The notes under the pieces were generated by a model. It did no database searches. It was not told the DNA's origin and saw nothing but the letters and a program-made list of their open reading frames with translations. A program made the position numbers and the translations under genes. Of a DNA stretch of 64,000 bases, positions 58,965 through 64,000 are shown piece after piece. The DNA is from Alphaproteobacteria bacterium (GTDB taxonomy: Bacteria; Pseudomonadota; Alphaproteobacteria; GM7ARS4; G965262615). The stretch is from contig OZ253545.1 in NCBI GenBank assembly GCA_965262615.1, forward strand, positions 192,001 through 256,000, given 5' to 3'. The number at the start of each line of letters is the position of its first letter. Positions within the stretch are counted from its first letter, which is position 1.

Positions 58965-60230
58965 TTATTGCTCATTTCTCATTGTGCATCGTGACAATTG
59001 CTTGTCAAAACCCAGTGTATCCATCGGACTGACGGGATGCAAGTATCCATCCTGCGGCGACACCGACACCAGAGCGCGCGGCACATTGAGCAAAATGCGC
59101 TGACGCAATTGTCCATTCCACGAACGATAGCTCACCTTCACTCCTTTATAGGCTGCAATGCCAAATTGCTCACTGAGAATATAATCCTTCACAAGAGGAA
59201 AATTATTTTTCTTGCGTGTGACGGCTTCGCCAATAGAGCGCACGGCGACCCATGCGGCATAATCAATTTCATTCATGAATCTGCCGGCGATGCGGCGAAA
59301 TCGGTTTTGCATTTGTGCTGCGCCCCATTGCTCATGGGTGCGATGCCAAGAATGAGCGGTGAGTCCTTGCGTTCCTGCCAACAAAGCGGGCGACCATGTG
59401 TTGAAGACGATGTATTCACCAAACTCGCCTTTTTCATCGGCAAGCAACAAAAGAGCATAGTCACGGGCTTCTTTGGTAAAGAGAGGAATCTCGGCGCGAG
59501 CGGTGCGCCGAATATCATGAGTGAGCGTCCATTGCTTCTCGCCACCAATGGATGTGCCGAATTTTTTTGCTGAATACTTCAAAGACTCAGCAAAAAGCTC
59601 ATCGGCTTCATCGGCTCCCTTGATTAGAAAAGAGTCTTTCCAATTTTTAGCAATGAGGAATTGCATGAGGGCATCGGTAACCATGGCACGACTGGGAATC
59701 ACATGGAGCATATTGTGACGGCATTGCTCATTGCGCAGAACATTATCTTTGGCACTGATATTAAAAATGATGGTGTCCTGTGCCTGTGGCAAGTCGGCAA
59801 GGGTGAGCAGGTGTTCCTTGGCGGCGTGAATGACAAAATAGCGAATGCCTTGCTCATAAAGGCGCACGAAATGCTGCGTGATGTCATCGCCAATGGCAAC
59901 GGTGGCTTCGCTCAATTGATAGAGTTGTTTGGTGAGTCTTCCTGTGGTGTTGTTATCGTCAATGGCGATGCGTGCGCCGTGGATGCCTTCGTCTTGCAGG
60001 ATGGGGTCAAGATTGGAGAGTGCGGGCGGCACATCTTTTTCCATGACAATCATGCCCATGGTGATGACTTCATCGGCGGTGGCGGCGGCTCGTTTTTTGC
60101 CTCTTTTGGCTCTCTCTATGGCGCGTTGTTTGTCAATTTCTTTTCGTTCTTCCAGTTCCTGCACGGATTGTTCCCGCGCCACACAATGATGCCATGGCAC
60201 GAACGCCACACACAGAGCGAGGGATATCAT
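58965..60230 (-). CDS. ABC substrate-binding protein, PQQ-system type
   Basis: DNNTTGRL, PSRAMVTDAL.QFL, HEQWGAAQMQNRF, R.WNGQLRQ, DTLG.D; start uncertain. Confidence 0.88.
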   Translation of the reverse strand: MISLALCVAFVPWHHCVAREQSVQELEERKEIDKQRAIERAKRGKKRAAATADEVITMGMIVMEKDVPPALSNLDPILQDEGIHGARIAIDDNNTTGRLTKQLYQLSEATVAIGDDITQHFVRLYEQGIRYFVIHAAKEHLLTLADLPQAQDTIIFNISAKDNVLRNEQCRHNMLHVIPSRAMVTDALMQFLIAKNWKDSFLIKGADEADELFAESLKYSAKKFGTSIGGEKQWTLTHDIRRTARAEIPLFTKEARDYALLLLADEKGEFGEYIVFNTWSPALLAGTQGLTAHSWHRTHEQWGAAQMQNRFRRIAGRFMNEIDYAAWVAVRSIGEAVTRKKNNFPLVKDYILSEQFGIAAYKGVKVSYRSWNGQLRQRILLNVPRALVSVSPQDGYLHPVSPMDTLGFDKQLSRCTMRNEQ

Positions 60231-60287
60231 GAAACGCACAGACATTTTTTTACAGTCTAGGCAAAAATTTATTAAAAGGGTATGAAT

Positions 60288-60875
60288 ATGTCAATGACAC
60301 GACACGCGACAATAAACCGAAGCACGAAAGAGACCACCATTGAAGCCCGTTTGCAGTTGGACGGCACGGGCGTTTGTGAGGCTGAGACGGGCTTGGCATT
60401 TTTGGATCATATGTTGGATCAGTTGGCTCGTCATAGCGGCATGGATATTTCCATCCGTTGTGATGGCGATGTGCATGTTGATGGTCATCACACGGCGGAG
60501 GATTGCGGCATTGTGTTGGGCAAGGCGTTTGATGAGTGTTTGGGGACTCGTGCGGGGATTGTTCGTTTTGGCTCTGCCCTTGCGCCTCTTGATGAGGCAC
60601 TGAGCGAGGTGGTGGTGGATTGCTGCGGCAGGGCGCACTTTGAATGGCGGGTGACCATCCCCACCCCCAAACTGGGTGATAGCGACAGTGAGATTTTTCG
60701 TGAGTTTTTCAAGGCGTTTGCTGACAATGCCCGCATCACATTGCATGTGGATAATCGTCACGGCATCAATGGACATCATATTGTTGAGTCGTGTTTTAAG
60801 GCGGCGGCGTTGGCGTTGCGTCAGGCGGTGAGGGTCACGGGAACGGGCATTCCTTCCACCAAGGGCGTGTTGTGA
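60288..60875 (+). CDS. hisB: Imidazoleglycerol-phosphate dehydratase
   Basis: FLDHML, DGHHTAED, NGHHIVE, PSTKGVL. Confidence 0.96.
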   Translation: MSMTRHATINRSTKETTIEARLQLDGTGVCEAETGLAFLDHMLDQLARHSGMDISIRCDGDVHVDGHHTAEDCGIVLGKAFDECLGTRAGIVRFGSALAPLDEALSEVVVDCCGRAHFEWRVTIPTPKLGDSDSEIFREFFKAFADNARITLHVDNRHGINGHHIVESCFKAAALALRQAVRVTGTGIPSTKGVL

Positions 60876-61246
60876 TGGGGATGCGTCTTTTTGACATATA
60901 CCGCACCCCCAACGGTGATTATCGGGCGGTGGCGCGTGGGTTTTCCGTGTGGGCGGCGATTTTGTCTGTTGTGTGGAGTTTGTATCACCGACTGTGGCTG
61001 GAGAGTGCGGCGATTGTGTGTGCCCTCACTGCCATTCGCTATGTGCGAAAACTTCATATAGAAACAGGCATGGTGACGGCTGATGTGGTGGCGGGCATTT
61101 TTTTGGCTCAGGTGGTGTTGTTTGTGGTGATGGGAGCGTTTGGTCATGAGTGGCTCAATGCTCGCTACCGCCGTTTGCGGTATGAGCATGAGGGCGTGAT
61201 GCTGGCGTTCTCAAAGCGCGATGCACTGCAACGCGTCCATCAATAA
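60872..61246 (+). CDS. DUF2628-like membrane protein
   Basis: GFSVWAA....W.LYHRLW; usual position between hisB and hisH in alphaproteobacteria. Confidence 0.75.
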   Translation: MMGMRLFDIYRTPNGDYRAVARGFSVWAAILSVVWSLYHRLWLESAAIVCALTAIRYVRKLHIETGMVTADVVAGIFLAQVVLFVVMGAFGHEWLNARYRRLRYEHEGVMLAFSKRDALQRVHQ

Positions 61247-61258
61247 TGGCTCGGCATA

Positions 61259-61915
61259 ATGGCACGAATTGTAATTATTGATGTGGGGTCCGGCAACATT
61301 CGCTCGGCGTATTCCTCATTGCACAGGGTGTGGAGCGAGGTGGGTTGTGATGGCTGGGTGCGGGTGGCAGCAAAAAATGACCGACCGCAAGCACACCAAT
61401 GGCTTGATGACTGCACTCACATCGTGTTGCCCGGCGTGGGAGCATACGCCGATTGCATGGCAGGATTGCAAGCCAGCGAATTATTGGATGACATGACCCA
61501 CCATGTTCGCACCAATGGCAAGGCGTTTTTGGGCATTTGTGTGGGCATGCAGCTGCTCAGTGAACGCGGCGAGGAAGGAGCAGGCGCGCGCGGCTTGGGA
61601 TGGCTCGGCGGCATCACCCGCCAATTTGTTTTGCCTCGCCATTTGAAAATCCCTCACATGGGCTGGAATGAAGTGACGGCGATGAAACCTCATGATTTGT
61701 GGCGCGATATTGACGAAGGCAGTCATTTTTATTTCGTTCACAGTTATCATGTAGAGTGTAATGAGTCGGTGCGTTTGGCATCCTTTGAGTATGGTGGTTC
61801 ATGGACTGCCGCAATGGGCAAAGACAATCTTTTTGCCACCCAATTCCATCCCGAAAAAAGCCAAAAAGCAGGCTTGAAAATGTTGAAAAACTTCATAGCA
61901 TGGAATGTAGGATGA
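61259..61915 (+). CDS. hisH: Imidazole glycerol phosphate synthase glutaminase subunit
   Basis: LPGVG, LGICVGMQ, PHMGWN, YFVHSY, QFHPEKS. Confidence 0.97.
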   Translation: MARIVIIDVGSGNIRSAYSSLHRVWSEVGCDGWVRVAAKNDRPQAHQWLDDCTHIVLPGVGAYADCMAGLQASELLDDMTHHVRTNGKAFLGICVGMQLLSERGEEGAGARGLGWLGGITRQFVLPRHLKIPHMGWNEVTAMKPHDLWRDIDEGSHFYFVHSYHVECNESVRLASFEYGGSWTAAMGKDNLFATQFHPEKSQKAGLKMLKNFIAWNVG

Positions 61916-62898
61916 GAAAGAGGATTGACAAAATTTGGCACACCATCAAAAACGCTTCTCGCTGGCAGTGGCTTGCACGAGGAGCTTGGGCTATTCTTTT
62001 CATTGTCGGAGGTTGCCTTATCCTTTATCCCTATGGCGGAGTTTTCTTTGAATCTCATTTTAGCGTTCTTGATTTTGTTGACAAACGCAATTTAGAAGCC
62101 ATCCGCAACATTGTTTTGATTATGGCTGCCTTGTTGGCATTTCCTCTCGCACTGGAACGCATGATTATTGCTGATAACCAATTAAAAGCCACGCAAGACC
62201 AATTGAAGCAATCCCAAAAAGAAACAATAGGGAGGGATTTTGAAATTTGGCGAGAAGATTTGTTTTCTGACCGTCAAAATCAGCTGAACTATGCCTTTGA
62301 GAAATTGTGGGAACTGGCACAAAGCCACCCACAAGACTACCATACAAGAATGATGGACAGCCTATCTGATTTTTTAAATAAAATACCGTTCATTAGCACT
62401 ACTACAGGTTCGGTTGCTCTCAAAATTCTCACGAACCTAGATGACTATTACAAAAAAACGGCAGAACAAGAAAGAGAAGAGATTGCCAAAGATTACCGCA
62501 TACACTTGCAAAAAATTACTGTAAAAGATTTAGATTTGCATGGTGCAGACTTCAGTAGGTTCACATTGAAATATATTGGCTTTGAGAATGTGAATTTAAC
62601 GGGAGCTGTTTTTAATTGGACTATGTTAGACGGTGTTAGATTTTCTCCTTCGGATTTGACAGGAGCTAATTTTGACAATGTTTTTTTGCAAAATGCAGAT
62701 TTTGCAGAAAGCCAAAACATAATGGATGCTTCTTGGAAAAATATCTCTATCCCCAAAAACGCCACCCTCAATTTTGCAAACAGTAAAGACGAGACACTTG
62801 TCAGGAAAAATGCCACAGTAAAATCCGAAGATGAATGGGACATAGAGCGAAAAGCAGAATTTGAAAAAATTAAGCAATCGCAAAAGCCATCAAGCTAA
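61912..62898 (+). CDS. Divergent membrane-anchored pentapeptide-repeat protein
   Basis: Two TMs, LAFPL, coiled coil, LWELAQ.HP..YH, ADFS/ANFD repeats; ATGA overlap with hisH. Confidence 0.82.
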   Translation: MRKRIDKIWHTIKNASRWQWLARGAWAILFIVGGCLILYPYGGVFFESHFSVLDFVDKRNLEAIRNIVLIMAALLAFPLALERMIIADNQLKATQDQLKQSQKETIGRDFEIWREDLFSDRQNQLNYAFEKLWELAQSHPQDYHTRMMDSLSDFLNKIPFISTTTGSVALKILTNLDDYYKKTAEQEREEIAKDYRIHLQKITVKDLDLHGADFSRFTLKYIGFENVNLTGAVFNWTMLDGVRFSPSDLTGANFDNVFLQNADFAESQNIMDASWKNISIPKNATLNFANSKDETLVRKNATVKSEDEWDIERKAEFEKIKQSQKPSS

Positions 62899-63002
62899 CC
62901 AATCATTGTTGCGTTTCTTTATTGAATGGCTAATTTTTCCACTGTTGCTTTTTTTTCGGTAAAATTCTACAATGACTTTCGGCTATTTCAAGGAGAGGGA
63001 AA

Positions 63003-63284
63003 ATGGCACAAAAAAATGACAAGGATTATATCATCAATGGATTAAAAGACTTGAACAAACAAATTAAAAACATCAATCCAGCACAATGGGCGGTGATTGT
63101 TGCATCCCTTGTGGCAGGTTATTTTATCTACCAAGACTACGCTGACAAAAAATCAGAAGCACAATTTTGCGAGGATCTATTCAGGAGCGGGATCGGGACA
63201 TATAAGCCTCCGATTAAAATCTTCGCCAATCCCCCGCATATTACAAAAATTTGTGCAAAACACTGGAAATATATATTAAGGTAA
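63003..63284 (+). CDS. Hypothetical single-TM protein
   Basis: AGGAGAGG RBS, one TM, two Cys. Confidence 0.6.
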   Translation: MAQKNDKDYIINGLKDLNKQIKNINPAQWAVIVASLVAGYFIYQDYADKKSEAQFCEDLFRSGIGTYKPPIKIFANPPHITKICAKHWKYILR

Positions 63285-63370
63285 AAAGACGCACATAGTA
63301 CAATCTCATCTGTTCATTTCGCGTTTTTTTATTGATTGTTAAACCACCTTTTCATGCCTATAATGTAATC

Positions 63371-63829
63371 ATGAAGTTGTTTCTCAAAAATAATGTCGCA
63401 TCGGCGATTATTATTGGGCAGGTACTTTTTTCTGTGGCGTTTTTGTATGTGTCCATAGAAACTCGCTTTGCCAACATAGAAACCCGCTTTGCCAACATAG
63501 AAACCCGCTTTGCTGGTGTGGAAGCTCAGCTGACCGTCATGAATGCCCGCCTTGATGGGCTGGATGAAATGAGAAAAGACATTGTGGAGCTTAAAGAAAA
63601 TCAGCGCGCCATCATCCGACTGCTTGAACGCATGGATCAACGCGTTCTCAATGTGGAAGTTCTTGCTCTGCAAAACAAAAAAGAGTTTTTGCTGACAAAG
63701 CCACAAACCGCCGACACCCGCAATCAACTGGCTGCCGTCCAGAAAAAACTGGACTATCTTGACGAGCTCGGTCGCACACGCACCTATATCAACCCGTCTG
63801 AGCCCTACGCCCCTCCCACTGACGGCTAA
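63371..63829 (+). CDS. TM-anchored coiled-coil protein with heptad repeats
   Basis: N-terminal TM, then IETRFAN-type heptad x3 and an extended coiled coil. Confidence 0.7.
   Translation: MKLFLKNNVASAIIIGQVLFSVAFLYVSIETRFANIETRFANIETRFAGVEAQLTVMNARLDGLDEMRKDIVELKENQRAIIRLLERMDQRVLNVEVLALQNKKEFLLTKPQTADTRNQLAAVQKKLDYLDELGRTRTYINPSEPYAPPTDG
63454..63513 (+). repeat. 21-bp tandem repeat, about three copies
   Basis: CATAGAAACYCGCTTTGCCAA repeated. Confidence 0.9.
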
Positions 63830-63834
63830 ATAGC

Positions 63835-64000
63835 ATGAAGGCGTTTCTCAAAGACAATTATGCATTCGTGATTATTTCTGGACAGTTGTTTTTGTCCACG
63901 GCGTTTCTCTATGTGACAATAAACAAGAACTTTGACCGCTTAGAAGCCTCCATGGAAAGACACTTTGGCAATAAGGAATCCTCTATGGAAACCAATTTTA
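63835..64000 (+). CDS. Paralog of the 63371-63829 protein (runs off the window)
   Basis: MKAFLKDNYAFVIISGQLFLSTAFLYVTI versus MKLFLKNNVASAIIIGQVLFSVAFLYVSI. Confidence 0.75.
   Translation, partial: MKAFLKDNYAFVIISGQLFLSTAFLYVTINKNFDRLEASMERHFGNKESSMETNF

Overview
This is a gene-dense window from a bacterial chromosome. Gene content suggests an alphaproteobacterium: class II DAHP synthase, hprK-EIIA-ptsH-ptsI, hisB-DUF2628-hisH, a DUF4170-like gene and aroA-cmk-rpsA. It is probably host-associated, which is an inference. Most of it is housekeeping: cysS, gltX, nadE, gor, glmSU, galU, phosphomannomutase, rlmE, metZ, apaG, folE, trkH, argFD, moaA, aroA, cmk, rpsA, sppA, trpE, ppiD, guaB, his genes, PTS genes, rne and four tRNAs. 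The accessory items are: (1) a three-copy tandem array of a small DUF5678-like gene plus a retropepsin-type aspartyl protease next to tRNA-Arg, with one intact, one truncated and one D-to-H catalytic-dead protease, preceded by a HicB/HicA-like pair; (2) an isolated non-flagellar type III secretion export mini-operon (short sctQ, sctRSTU); (3) two tandem Flp pilins; (4) five paralogous membrane-anchored pentapeptide-repeat genes, three starting at or overlapping the stop of a housekeeping gene, with hypervariable di-residues in their repeats; (5) a secreted protein that is about 21% Met with three FVPWY motifs; (6) a pedA1A2BC/lut-like ABC cluster associated with PQQ/lanthanide metabolism; (7) a structured intergenic RNA candidate, possibly 6S; and (8) many local tandem duplications, including a 204-bp x4 array. 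The 41.6-44.3 kb stretch has clustered frameshifts, including in guaB, that may be assembly errors. No CRISPR array, integrase, transposase or reverse transcriptase was seen. All family calls come from motif recognition, not database searches.
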